Positions 36,763 to 48,375 of a stretch of DNA of 64,000 nucleotides are shown in pieces. Below the pieces are notes generated by a model. It did no database searches, was not told where the DNA came from, and saw only the letters and a program-made list of their open reading frames with translations. Origin of the DNA: Piedraia hortae CBS 480.64. Lineage: Eukaryota. How positions within the stretch are numbered: the first letter of the stretch is position 1; every line of letters begins with the position of its first letter. Position numbers and translations under genes: made by a program. The stretch is from positions 197,170 to 261,169 of the forward strand of contig MU005972.1 in the NCBI GenBank assembly GCA_010093745.1. The letters are read 5' to 3'.

Positions 36763-38223
36763 GTTGTCTGCAAGTCTGGATACCCATTTCATTTGTTTCT
36801 ATCACGACAGGCGTTTGGCTGGGCAACTTTAGATATTTGTAATGTCAACCAAGTCGCATACCTTGACCTTCCAAGCCGTAGAAGCAGTTGGCTGAGACGA
36901 CAGCAGTGCTGCCGTTTCAGCGTCATGCACTGCATTGAACTCGTGTCGGACCGAAACCGCAGCTTTGCATATCAAAACCTGGTCAACCATTTTCGAACCC
37001 CCGGTAAAAAAAAGTTATGCGTGCAACTATGTAAACGCACGCATGTCTGCACAGACTTCTTTGGCGACGACTCGCTTGGTTTTATCCTCATGTTCGTTGC
37101 ATGAAGCGCATATACAGGGTACATTGCTGGCGCATATCCTGGTTACGGCCAAGCGTCGCTTTTCTACATTTCCGCGTTTGACGTACAATTTGGCCGAACT
37201 ATCCTCGCTTCTGACCGTGGTCTTGGGACGAGAATCGGTTCATGCGCCAATCTTGGGCCATGGCCCGATTCGCACAATGTCCGTGGCCTGATAGCAGTTT
37301 TTTTTCGATGGCCTTGCGTCGTCGGATAGTCCCCGATGCATGGTTTATTGCTTGCTTCCGGGTTGCGTTGAGTGCTGACGGCCAGTGTAGCAGTCTAGTC
37401 TGCAGTAGGACGATATACCAGTGGACGGAAAGTCATGCTGATCAAGTACAGAATTCGAGTGGATCTAGACTTTGATATGGGTTCATTCGTGGACGCTATG
37501 ACTCGAAAGAACTTTTACACTAGCTTCGGTGTATACCTCCATGTGTCAGAACTCAGGGCCTACGTCATGTGGAAGGGCCCGGTCCGTCCGCGGCCCGAGT
37601 CTAGTGGCAGCACATACTCGGGCGGCACTGACTTTTCTCTCCTCTTTTTCATGCGTTGTTTATTGTCTACATAGGGTCTACGCAGTCCTCTTTCCCATAG
37701 CCCATTGTTTTGAGCCTCTCATCCTTGTCTCTCATCGATCCCTCGACCCCAACCCCTCGTCCTTAGCCTCGTGTCGTGACACCATGGTGCTTTAATACTT
37801 TCTTGACTCGTAACAGCTCCACTACCAACTCTATCGCAAACTTTGCTCTCATGACTGACTGATTTTGTAGCCATGTGTCTGACAGAATTTACTAGTGAGC
37901 TGATGGTCGAATTGGATAATCTTGTATGAGCCTATTGGCATGGCATAGACGCGGCGTGAAGTTGGGCGTTCTATTGATGGGCTGAGAAACAAGGGGAAAA
38001 GGGAGATTGCGTATGAGGAATCGATTCCTGTGTTGATTTCAAGTCAAAACAGTACATGCCAACGAACTCCCCTACTAGCTCGTTATATCTCGGCTGGAGT
38101 TCTCTCTTCTCATCCCGTAATTCCTTCTTTTCGCGAACCGATCTCGCCAAAATTCTGCCTTCTCACGATCAGACCTCGCCGGAATTTCCTTCTTTTCAGC
38201 GTCAAACCTCGCCTGAGCTGCCT

Positions 38224-39952
38224 TCATGTCAGCATCATATCTTTTCTCCATTTCCTAGATTTTCTCTTCCAGCTTGTTGAGCCGCTCCTTGAGGAGACTT
38301 GTGATTTTATTGCGGGCCCCAGCATCATCCTTGAGAATATTTGCTCTTTGATGCCGAATCTCCACCCAATTGTCTGTAAGGTCAATTTTTGGCTCTCAAC
38401 AAACACGGTGCCAATAGTGCTTGCACTTGCCGGGCGTTTAGATTGCGTCCTCGCTGTCGGCGCGGCTTCTGGAGCGTCTTCTTTATCCCTCTCTGTCGGG
38501 ATCGACATGAGATCATTCACAAGTCCCAATATGAGCTTCTCATGCCTGGGGTAATGGTGCTCCTGGCTCGCATGGGTGATTGCTAGGGTCCTGCTGCAGC
38601 ATTGCACACGGCCGTCGACGTCTGCTCTTTCGATGATGTCGTCACTTAGTAGAAATTTGTATAGCGAGATCATGTAGTAAAAACTTCGGTCTCCTTTTCT
38701 GAAGAATAGGTGTCTGAAAATCTCCACAACTTGGTGATTTTGCTGCACGCCGAAGCAGAGGAGTTTTCCCTCCAATGCGGCAAGACCATCTGGTCTGATA
38801 TATTCGCACAGGTGCACAATGGCTTCAACGGCCGTCGAAGCGGTCGCATTCGCCTGATTACGACATGTCGTGTTCTTTCCGCTTGCGCCCTTTATTTTGT
38901 CCACCAGTAACGGGAAACAATGCCAGCTTTTGGTAAAGTCTGCCGGTCTGTATCGGGTATAGGGCTTTAATCGCGTCCTGTGTGCCTCATTGAACGCGTA
39001 CCAACTCATGCCGTACGGAACGTCGTGCTTCGGCTTCTTTGGAAGGCTCCGTATCTTGACGACCCAGCCTTGCGAAGAGACGTAACTGATGGGACCTTGC
39101 GTTTCGTTGTAGTTTGGAATTACGACCACTGGCTCTGGTAAGAGCATGCGACTTATCTTATTGCGAACACTGTCCTCGTTTTGCACAAGAACAATATTCA
39201 ACCTTGTATTCCACTGCTGCTTGCTCTTCACATCGTTTGTCGGAAACGGCGCCCGGACCTTGTTGGATTCAAGCATCGCCGCTAGCGCGTATGCAGGGCA
39301 CTTGCATAGCAAGTCAGCGATACCTCCTACACTACCAACTGCACCCTAGGTTTTTCCCTCACAGAGGTTTTCCCTCAGGGTCATGTCATATGTGACATGG
39401 TGAATACGCCCCGCTAGTGTACGACGTGACGTCACCGGCCCACCGGTACAGAATTTTCATTCTGAACGTCCCCTCATTGAAATAGGTAATTCTGACACTA
39501 CCATACTGCAACTGGTATTTTTGACTCACATACATCTACATCTTTCCTGTCCCTGATTCCGTCTATCGCTCCGTCCTCTTCGGGTCGCTGTGCACTCTCA
39601 CCCACGAGATCTAAATCTCTACAGACCTTGTACCCTCCAAAAATTGGCCAATCTTCCTTGTTAATTTGACCTATAATCCCATTGGGAATGAAATCCATCG
39701 TTTCCTTTGGCTGTCTCATTCCTTCATCAGGTAAGCCACGTCTAAGGCTTCGAGTTGGTTCAGTCATCTCAAAGGGCCACCGAGACTCAAACACTCAATG
39801 TTCAACAGGACCTGTTACTTCTTCTGTTGGACTTGTATCGGTTGAAGAACTTGTATTTGGGCGTTTGACTGGCTGGGGTGGTTCTTTAACGTCTCATCTT
39901 CGCGCTTGCGCTTGCAGCCTGCAGTAGCGACTATCTGATTCATATTGGGCAT
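38224..39952 (-). pseudogene. Decayed gene of a fungal expanded family (DUF7924-like)
   Basis: PVEH*VFESRWP, PKPKHDVPYG..AFNEAH..LKPY and FPLLVDKIKG..CRNQ..AVEAIVHL..LLCFGVQQNHQVVEIFRH..YY resemble this family from memory. The N-terminal part is broken by stops and frame changes. Confidence 0.5.
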
Positions 39953-41818
39953 TGACGCATTTTCGACATCGAAGCATCGTTCCTGAATAAGTGCGCTCAT
40001 CAGCTGTACATGAATAGGGCTGCTCTTATGCTTTGGGCGCCGGGCATCGTTGTAAGTGTTCGCAGCGCGAAAGCCGGATGCTGGATTGGTAGATATTGTA
40101 AACGTTCGCCACCCACCCGCGTCGCACAAATATCTTCCGCATACAAGTTGTGGTAAAGTAAATGTGACAGATCCGGAAAGCGAAAGCAAGTAAGATTGCG
40201 GATCGAGTTGAACAAAAGAGTTAACTTTCTGGTGTGCGCCCCACTTCTGGCCTCACTTGCCAAGACCACCACAACGGATTTTATGTTGTTGGAAACTATC
40301 GGTGCCCCACCTCGGCCTGATAACTATGACTTTACAAGGAACATCCTGCATAGCAAATACTGATCATGGTGTTGTATTTAGAATTATGTGAACAAAGGAA
40401 TTACTTGTATATAATCTCACTACTGAACAGCAGGGAATAATAATTCAGACAACTCAATCCTCAGAACGATTACGCTACGCAAACTATTTTTCCAACACTT
40501 ACGTGAAGCCTGGCTTGCACTTTGAAAAGACAACCAATCGGGAGAGGGGACGCTAGTACATGTGCATGCCAAGGCGCTAGACGGCACCACACTATCGGAT
40601 TTTGTCACCATATGGGTCTACATTGCACATAGCTGAGTCATGTGGGGACGTGAAATTGACTCGTAAGTTAATATCACATGCTCGAAGCAAGTCGAAGGGG
40701 CAGAATAGTGACGATATACATAAACATCTACGCAACAGCATCCGCTATTTACAGCTTTTCCCCTCACTCGACTGCCTAGCCTCCTCCCTCCCCAGAAAAA
40801 CATTTAACACCAGTAGTCTTGCAAATTCATCCCTTATTGACGGGTTTCCCACCCCAAAACACATATTCTTGCCCACCAGCGCGCGTACATAGGCCTTCTC
40901 TGCCTGCTGATACAATTACAAAGATGGAAATCACTCGCCAAATTCCAACAATCTCCCAGAGTCTCGAACGGCGTGCTCGGCGATTTGTTTCGCAGCCGCA
41001 TAGTCACCAAGGAATTATTCTCTAGATCCTAACATCTAACCTCCTTATGAAGCGAAGGGACCATCAATCACCCGGTGAAGTGCCACGTGGATCGCGATAT
41101 CATATGAGAGGTAGTTTCTGCGTGAGACCACGCTATCTCACAGGAAGACACCCATACGCAAAATAACTCTTCACACCTCACCATATGAATCACATACATC
41201 CCCCCACATGACACAGGCCACAGAGCCGTGTTGTTTACCAGAGCAGTCTTGTGCGCAAACCAGCACGTCCTTGCATCTCGCGAGCAAGATTCTCACTACG
41301 TCCAGCGCAACAGCACAACCACAATCCACAAACACATCCCAAGTGGGAAAGCCAAGGGGTAGAATGTCCTGCATAATCCCTACCCACCCACCCAATATTC
41401 CAGCGATTTTAACCACCCGCGAAGCATCCCCCCCATCCTCATCCCCTTCATAATGAGAAACGAACCAACATTAGACAGTATCGCCCTGGGAGATAAGATA
41501 GATCAATCAGTAGGTGCTAGTCTTTTCTACTCTTTATCGATAAATATTTCAAACTCTCGGCTTGTGGAAGGAGGAATACTCCGGAAACACTTTTAGCAAA
41601 CCGCTCCCCATTTTCCTTAGATCACATCAAATTCGAGCCAATCGCCTTACAAAAGAAAGTAGTGGTATCACCCTTATATATCAACAACGGAGGGATCTTC
41701 ATCGCACTTTCCCTCCAATGAAAAACGCCAACCTCCACCCAGACATACTAGGGGTATCAATCCATAACTGCATAACCATACACCTACTCACCCATCCCTC
41801 GTAATCCCAATGGGGTTA

Positions 41819-43642
41819 TTACCCCCTCTCCAAATCCCCCCGCGATGTATCCCTCCTGCCCTCCTGCTCACCATGCGGCAACCCAAAATCCCGAACAAGT
41901 CTCACCACATCGCCCTTGCAAATCGGACAGGTGCGTCGTTTGGTCGTTAGCCAAGGGGTACTAATATCTGTTAGTAAGGATTCACCAAGGATATTCATTT
42001 TGAGTATTCTTCCCACGCACAGGACGAAGTGTCCTTGGCGTGAGGTATTAACGAGAGAGGAAAGGCGGAGCATCTCTCCCCCCCTCGTCAAGAGAGATGA
42101 GGAACGACGAAGCATCCCATCAGAGGAAGCAAAACGCCAAGCACACTCCACCCCCCCTCACTAAAAGAAAAGGGATGGAAAAACTTACATGCACTCCACA
42201 TGAAACCCATGTCCGCAAGGCAACTGCATTACTCTCGAAAGTCCCGAAACATAATCGTCCAGACAAACCGCACATTCCTTTTGCGAGGAGAGGAGTTTTG
42301 CCATCTTTCGTTCTTCACTCCTTTGACCCCCCATTCGGGATGTCGCCCCCGCAGAGATCTCCTGGGAGGAGTACACGGAGCTTCCCTTGTTATTTCCCGT
42401 GGAGCTCCCCTCGTTTTCGCGGCCACGCAGAGTGCCCTCTCCACCTCCCACTTCAACCTTCCGCCTCTGCAACAAAGGCGTTACCTCCCTACACTCGTCA
42501 TCATCAAAGTACGTTCTTACAGGAAGTTGATCGACGAGGGATTTTGGCGCGCGCCAGCGTCGTGCGCGAACCCGTGAGCGGAGGAGAAGGAGGGCGTAGA
42601 CGGCTGTTAGTGTGATGAGGGGTGAGATGACCAGGACGAGTAAAGTATCCAGGAAGGGGGATGTGGAGATTGTTGTTGGTGTTAGGGTTAACCAGAGGCC
42701 TGTTTCCGTCGGTGAGATGGTGGGAGTTGATACGGAGGTTAATAGGGAAGTAGTTATGGAGGGTCGTTTTAGGGAGGTTGAGGGTGAGGATTTCTTTAGG
42801 GGGGTGGTGGGTGTGGGAAGTTCAGACGTGACGCTCTCGCTGCTAGGTCGGGATTTGAACCATGCGATTCTGGTAGCAGACGGCTCTGTGGTGGATTCCT
42901 CGGTTGGGAAGCCTTCGAAGAGAAGACTCCCCGGACTGAGGCTGGAGAGGAGCAAAGCGGTTGTATGTGATGTGAAAAGTGAAGGGATAGACACGTTGGC
43001 AGTGTCTCCGCGGGCGTACATGGTGACTAGAGGTCCGCCACGGGTATCATCACCCACGATCATTGCAATCCCACCCCTTCGCTGCACCCACTTGACCTTC
43101 TCCAGAAATCCACACCCGCCGCGGGAGAGGAGGACAATCTTCCCCGCAATCTCCGCACCCTCCTGCAGAGTCTGGATATCAGCATGTTCGCTGGGCGTGT
43201 TTCGCGTGTTTCCGTGGCGATGAGAGTGTAAATGATCATCCGTACCGTCATCGGGAGGGGAAAGAAGCTCGACAGTAGCACGTTTAGGTTCGACACCTTC
43301 CCAATTGGGTAAATCGCTACAACCAAGTTCGCCTTCGACGCCGCCGTTGCCGAGCGCATCGTTGCCGAATCCGCTTCCGATCCAGAGTTGTCCATTGAGG
43401 GATTTCCGGGGCAGCCGGGGCCCGAAAGCTGCTGGTCGCGCGAGGAAAAAGGTCGAGTTATCACCTAGGAGACTGATGATGGCTGAGGGAGGAAAGAGAT
43501 AGGTCGTCCCGCGCCAGCTGAACAGTGTCTTCGCGACTCCGGCGCCTTCGTCTGGGGACGTCATGCTGGTGCTCATGTACAGCAATCCGCACAACGTGCA
43601 GACGGAAATGGCGACGGCCAGAACAAGCCTTGAGAGATGCAT
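41819..43642 (-). CDS. PA-domain transmembrane RING-H2 E3 ubiquitin ligase; intron ~41961-42189
   Basis: Signal anchor; PA domain IVLLSRGGCGFLEKVKWVQRRGGIAMIVGD; TM helix; RING CAVCLDDY..LPCGHGFHVECI|TPWLTTKRRTCPICK. Confidence 0.92.
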
Positions 43643-43795
43643 TGTGGCTACTCAGGAGCGACAATGCACCATTCGTCAACAGCCCATGGAGACTGAGACT
43701 GCCTTGGACGCGGTCTTGGATACCCCGCTCAAAACGCTAACACGAATTTGATGTGATGACGTAAAACGCTAGTACAAACTGGGTAGGCACAATAT

Positions 43796-46700
43796 CTACT
43801 CTTCCTCCTGGTAGGAAATTTTTCGCATCTCTCCCAGCCGATGTCTTGCCGAGCTGAGTTCGTTTTCCAATTGAAGAATTTTGACCTGTCTAGTTAGTGA
43901 AGACCTCTTGACAAAGTAATGATAACTCACCTGCTGCTCCATTTCTCGAACTTTGAAGTCGTGTCCTGATAGGAGACTGTAGTCCTCTTCGTCGCCATCA
44001 CGTTGTCTGCTTTCAATAATACTCTGAACCTTCTTGACGAGCGATCTGCATGCACTTGTGACAGCCTTGCTGCTCGACTCCAACCGCTCCTGGGTCTTTG
44101 ACATGAAGCTGGCCTTGACCCTGCTGGCTGCTACGAGCTGTGCAGTCGAGGCAGCAACATCATTAGACGCAACAATGAGCTGCTCCGGGGAGTTGCGACC
44201 AGAAATGACACCGTCGGCAGTTTCAATAAGCATATTTGTCGACCTCGCCACGGCCTTGGCAGCCGAGATCAAACCCTCTGTCCATCGATTATTCTTCTTG
44301 TAAAACTGCGTCTTGCTCATGTTAGAGCTGCGGCCTTGATTGACAATTTCCTGCTGTGATGCAGTGGCAGCTTTGATAAGCTGAGCAATGGCATTGGTAA
44401 CAGCTATAGCAGCCTCGAGGATGGAGTCGTGAATCTTCAACTCATAAGTGCTGTATTGATCCCTTGGCTTGTTCATGAGCTTCGTTAATCTCTCTGTTGC
44501 AGCATCAATGGCTCTAGCCGCGTTCGTCATCTCGCGATCAACAAGCTCGCCGAGATCACCAGACGTCGACGTGACCTTTGTCTTTGGCGCAAAGGCATCT
44601 GCTACTTTGCTCAAATTGTTCAACGCAATCTGCACATCATTGTTTTTGTTGATCACAACATCCGTCTTTTGCAGATCCTCCAGCCCGTCAAGTCTGTAGG
44701 ACATGATGCCACGGAAGAAGTCGACGGTGGAGGTAGCTGACCGACGAGCAGCATTGATCAATTGATCGGCCTTTTTATCATCACTGGCGAACCTCGTCAA
44801 GCCCTTCGTGTTTGACAAGACATCGGCAATGGCGTTTGAAAACGCATGAACGGCGGCAATGACCTCTGCATGAGTGCTGTTGGGGCCGTCAGCAATGTAG
44901 TTGTTAAAGGCGGTGCTAAACTCCATTGCGCTGCTTTGGGCCTTTTCAATCTGCGAGAGCACATATGGCCCACTGGCATTTTGATTTCCTGCTTGCATCG
45001 AACTGTCCAGTTCGTACAGCGCACCGTCGACCCTCTGAACGCCAGACTGCAAGACCGAGTCAATAATGTCATTAAACTTGCGGATATTGTCAAGCAACAT
45101 GGCATCAATCTGTTCGTCCATGGCTTTGTCGCCCACACCGCTGTTGCGCAGTTCGTTCAGCTCAAGCAGCGTCTGGTCCATTCCGGACTTGTAAATCTCC
45201 AACTCATCCTCCTTTTCGCGCAGCTGCCTTTCCAAGTCAGTGCTACCCTCGCCGAGCTTCGCTTGGGCATCGTCCAGAGCACGCGTCTTCTTCCGCAGCG
45301 CCTCTTCCAAGTCTGCGATTTCACGATTATGTCTAGACAGCAACGAAGACAATTCACTACCCTTTGCCCGCTCGGCATCATCTGCTTTGTCCAGCGCCAT
45401 GCGCAACTCACGCTTCAATTTCTCCATCTCCTCCCGATGGCCACCGGTGGTACGGTCCTTGTCGTGCAAAGCCCGATCCCGCTCTCTGATCATATTCGCA
45501 AGCTCCAAATTCTTCGTCTTGAGCTCGCGCTCGAGCTTCTCACGCTTGTCGATTGCCTCTTGCGCCGACGCAGCCTTGAGTTGCACGCCCTTAAACTTTT
45601 GCAGCAGTTGGAGATGCTCACGACGCAGTTGGCTATACAGCTTCGCGAGAGCCTCGTACTTTGATCGCCAGGTATTGACCTGCTCCTGCAACGCGCGTAT
45701 TTGATCGTCTTTGCTGTGCGACTGCTGCTGGAAGTTCCCGTTCAACTGGACCAGTTCATCTTCCAGAGCTTTCATCCTCCGGTCATACTGCTGCAGCATC
45801 AGCTGGTCCCGCTCATACTGTGCTCTGGCGTTCAGGTTTTCCTGCTCGAGTTCAGCCATGCGGCCATGTGTTTGTTGTGCGTATTGCTCCCTTTGCAGCT
45901 GTTCAAACTGCAGTCGCTGCTGTTCGGCCTGTAGCCTCTGTTGCTCCTCAAAGTCGCGCTGTGCCTGCTGCTGAGCCAATTGTTGCTGGCGCTGGGCTTC
46001 TTCCCATTGCGCTTGCAGTCTCCGCTGCTCTGCCTCGTACTCCTGTTGCTGTCTTGCCTGCTCGTTTTTCCAAAACTCGTTGATTGGCTCCGGGTCGGTT
46101 GTATCCTTTGGAGGTGGAGTTTTGGGCTTCGAAGCCGGAGTTCTGTTTCTCGACGGCAGGTCATCCTCCTCGGCCAGCAGGTTTGGCGGATCCTGCGGTA
46201 ATTTGGGCACAGTTATGAGAGAAGTGAGGTAGCGCAGATTAGTGCACTCGTCGTAGAAATGGACAAGACGATAATGCTGGGCATCGTAACGGCCCCGGAG
46301 CGGACTCAAAGCCTCAGCATCCCCCAGCTGGACATGCATTGCTCGCAACATGCTCGTCATGAACTTGTAGATCCCATAACTCTCCTGAAGAAGCGGTACG
46401 AGGGCACTTATGCGACATTCATTGTTCGTCCCCATTCGAAGGTGTGCAAAGATGAGTTTCTGAAACCCGTCAATCAGATCCTGCAGACTCATAAGATCGG
46501 AAATGGTTTCGTAGCCCTCGTTTGGATCACTGATCGACCTCAAGCTGGTATACTCCTCGTACTCAAACTGGCCATTGAATTCCGGATGATGACGGTGGAA
46601 CTTGATTTTAGCCATGAGGAAAGTGATGTATTCTTGGATAAGCGGTCTGTACCCTCCACGTCCCTCGCCGCCCATCCCTCCGATCTGGGAATGCGCAATC

Positions 46701-47008
46701 AATCCTATCCATTGCGCATGCGGTTGCACCTCCTTCAGGGCGATGGGATGGCCCTCTTGCAGGACTTTATGAATCGTAATCAGACATTTGAAACACTGGA
46801 CTTCATCAGACTGAAGAGGCAAGACTTTGATTCCACTCCAGAAACTCGAACTACTCTTATGGTCCCACGTATAAACGATACAAGCGCGGACATGTTTCCG
46901 CTTCGGCGCCGTCTCCTCAATCGAAGTCGCCTTGCGGATATTGGTCGCCAGTTCCTGTTCCGACTTTGTCAGATCGACATTGCGATTTGGCTGGAATAGG
47001 GACGACAT
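43796..47008 (-). CDS. SLA2: Endocytic adaptor Sla2/End4 (ANTH, coiled coil, I/LWEQ); intron 43886-43930
   Basis: KATSIEETAPKRKHVRACIVYTWDH ANTH start; FYKKNNRWTEGLISAAKAVA; EMEQQVKILQLE..LGEMRK. Confidence 0.97.
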   Translation of the reverse strand: MSSLFQPNRNVDLTKSEQELATNIRKATSIEETAPKRKHVRACIVYTWDHKSSSSFWSGIKVLPLQSDEVQCFKCLITIHKVLQEGHPIALKEVQPHAQWIGLIAHSQIGGMGGEGRGGYRPLIQEYITFLMAKIKFHRHHPEFNGQFEYEEYTSLRSISDPNEGYETISDLMSLQDLIDGFQKLIFAHLRMGTNNECRISALVPLLQESYGIYKFMTSMLRAMHVQLGDAEALSPLRGRYDAQHYRLVHFYDECTNLRYLTSLITVPKLPQDPPNLLAEEDDLPSRNRTPASKPKTPPPKDTTDPEPINEFWKNEQARQQQEYEAEQRRLQAQWEEAQRQQQLAQQQAQRDFEEQQRLQAEQQRLQFEQLQREQYAQQTHGRMAELEQENLNARAQYERDQLMLQQYDRRMKALEDELVQLNGNFQQQSHSKDDQIRALQEQVNTWRSKYEALAKLYSQLRREHLQLLQKFKGVQLKAASAQEAIDKREKLERELKTKNLELANMIRERDRALHDKDRTTGGHREEMEKLKRELRMALDKADDAERAKGSELSSLLSRHNREIADLEEALRKKTRALDDAQAKLGEGSTDLERQLREKEDELEIYKSGMDQTLLELNELRNSGVGDKAMDEQIDAMLLDNIRKFNDIIDSVLQSGVQRVDGALYELDSSMQAGNQNASGPYVLSQIEKAQSSAMEFSTAFNNYIADGPNSTHAEVIAAVHAFSNAIADVLSNTKGLTRFASDDKKADQLINAARRSATSTVDFFRGIMSYRLDGLEDLQKTDVVINKNNDVQIALNNLSKVADAFAPKTKVTSTSGDLGELVDREMTNAARAIDAATERLTKLMNKPRDQYSTYELKIHDSILEAAIAVTNAIAQLIKAATASQQEIVNQGRSSNMSKTQFYKKNNRWTEGLISAAKAVARSTNMLIETADGVISGRNSPEQLIVASNDVAASTAQLVAASRVKASFMSKTQERLESSSKAVTSACRSLVKKVQSIIESRQRDGDEEDYSLLSGHDFKVREMEQQVSYHYFVKRSSLTRQVKILQLENELSSARHRLGEMRKISYQEEE

Positions 47009-47076
47009 GTTGACACTTGAACCTGTCAGATCCCCAGGCCGCTTTACACGTCACGTCGGTCCGGCCCGAGCCGATC

Positions 47077-47880
47077 TCAAAACGGCAACTCCCCATCATC
47101 ATCTTCATCATCCTCTTTCGCATCCCCACCACCGTCACAAACCTCCCTCAAAAAACCCACAAGCGCAGCAAGACACTGCTTCTGCGCCGCCGGCAGGAAA
47201 TGTCCTCCGGGATGATAAACCACCCTCCTCTCCTCGCACGCATCCACAAGTTTCAACGACCTCTCCTCCGATACAACCGTATCCATACTCCCAATAAAAT
47301 GCAACATTGGCGTACCAATCTTCGGTTCATAGAACCCCCTATACACATCATTCCCCGCCCCAAAACCCGAGTACGACACCGCCGCCTTTAATCTTGAATG
47401 CGCAAGATCCCTAAACGCTTTCGGGAACGGCATCCCCTTGGCCTTCTCAAAGGCCTCTTGTCTTCCCGACTCGAGTAGACTTGCGACCAACCCTGCAGCA
47501 GCTCCGCCTTGACTAAACCCCAAAACAACATCAAACGGTCCTTGAGTTATCAGAACCTCCGCGATGGCGGTCAATCCGTCTTCCATTCCATCATAGATGT
47601 AGGGTTCACTGTCGCCTTTGCGACGCCACCAGCCGTAGGCATCTGAGCTGGTATTTTCTTGTTCGCCCTTATAGCCGGGTATGTCTGTAGGATCGAGTCT
47701 GAGTGGTGCGGTGGGGTATACAAACTCCACACCCGCAGGGTAAGATTTCAGAAAACCCAGTTTAGGCGCGGGAGGGAAGGCCTTCTCAAGGGATTTCTGT
47801 AATGCTTTCGTTTTGAGATCAAATGTCCGTCCGCTTTGCGTGTAGCCGTGTAGCATAAGGATTTTGAGTTTGGGTGGCAT
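47077..47880 (-). CDS. FSH1/OVCA2-family serine hydrolase
   Basis: KILMLHGYTQSG, GPFDVVLGFSQGGAAA (GxSxG), HFIGSMD and HPGGHFLP. Confidence 0.92.
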   Translation of the reverse strand: MPPKLKILMLHGYTQSGRTFDLKTKALQKSLEKAFPPAPKLGFLKSYPAGVEFVYPTAPLRLDPTDIPGYKGEQENTSSDAYGWWRRKGDSEPYIYDGMEDGLTAIAEVLITQGPFDVVLGFSQGGAAAGLVASLLESGRQEAFEKAKGMPFPKAFRDLAHSRLKAAVSYSGFGAGNDVYRGFYEPKIGTPMLHFIGSMDTVVSEERSLKLVDACEERRVVYHPGGHFLPAAQKQCLAALVGFLREVCDGGGDAKEDDEDDDGELPF

Positions 47881-48016
47881 TTTGGACAATCTTGTGAAAG
47901 TGATGTTGTTGCGGGAACCCCGCGCTAGCAGATGGTCCTTCCAACTGTCCACTACGACCCACACCTCAACAAGACCACACAAAACAGCCGCGCACACCAC
48001 AGAGACGGAAGCAAAG

Positions 48017-48319
48017 ATGGACCAAACAAAAGAAATAATGGAAATGCCGCGGCACTTTCTCAAAGATGGACGCTTGTTCCTTACCCGCTGCTCTAAACGT
48101 ATCACATCCCCTCATCTTCAACTCCAGGCTATTAACAGGTTTTTAGCCGACAAACGCGAATTCCTCCGCATCTGCCAAGCCGTCGGAACAGGATTCCTAG
48201 TCATGGGCGCGATCGGCTACGTGGTCAAACTCAGTACGTCAATCCATCCACCTAAACCACAAAAAACTAACAGTAAAGTACACATCCCGGTGAACAACAT
48301 CCTCGTGGGTGGAGCATAA
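48017..48319 (+). CDS. SSS1: Protein translocon Sec61 gamma subunit; introns 48099-48146 and 48234-48278
   Basis: Spliced MDQTKEIMEMPRHFLKDGRLFLTRCSKPDKREFLRICQAVGTGFLVMGAIGYVVKLIHIPVNNILVGGA. Confidence 0.96.
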   Translation: MDQTKEIMEMPRHFLKDGRLFLTRCSKRITSPHLQLQAINRFLADKREFLRICQAVGTGFLVMGAIGYVVKLSTSIHPPKPQKTNSKVHIPVNNILVGGA

Positions 48320-48375
48320 AACACGCAGTGTGACGTTAATCATGTATTCAAATCATCAAATAACATTTCCCTCCT

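Noticed and set aside
44846..46999. Long antisense ORFs opposite SLA2 (and similar ones opposite SPT16, ILS1, MET3 and the ABC1 kinase)
   Set aside because: These are shadow ORFs caused by codon bias in the real genes and show no recognisable motifs.
47881..48105. Overlap of extended FSH1 and SSS1 ORFs in the ORF track
   Set aside because: This is an artefact of non-ATG starts. The conserved starts at 47880 and 48017 do not overlap.
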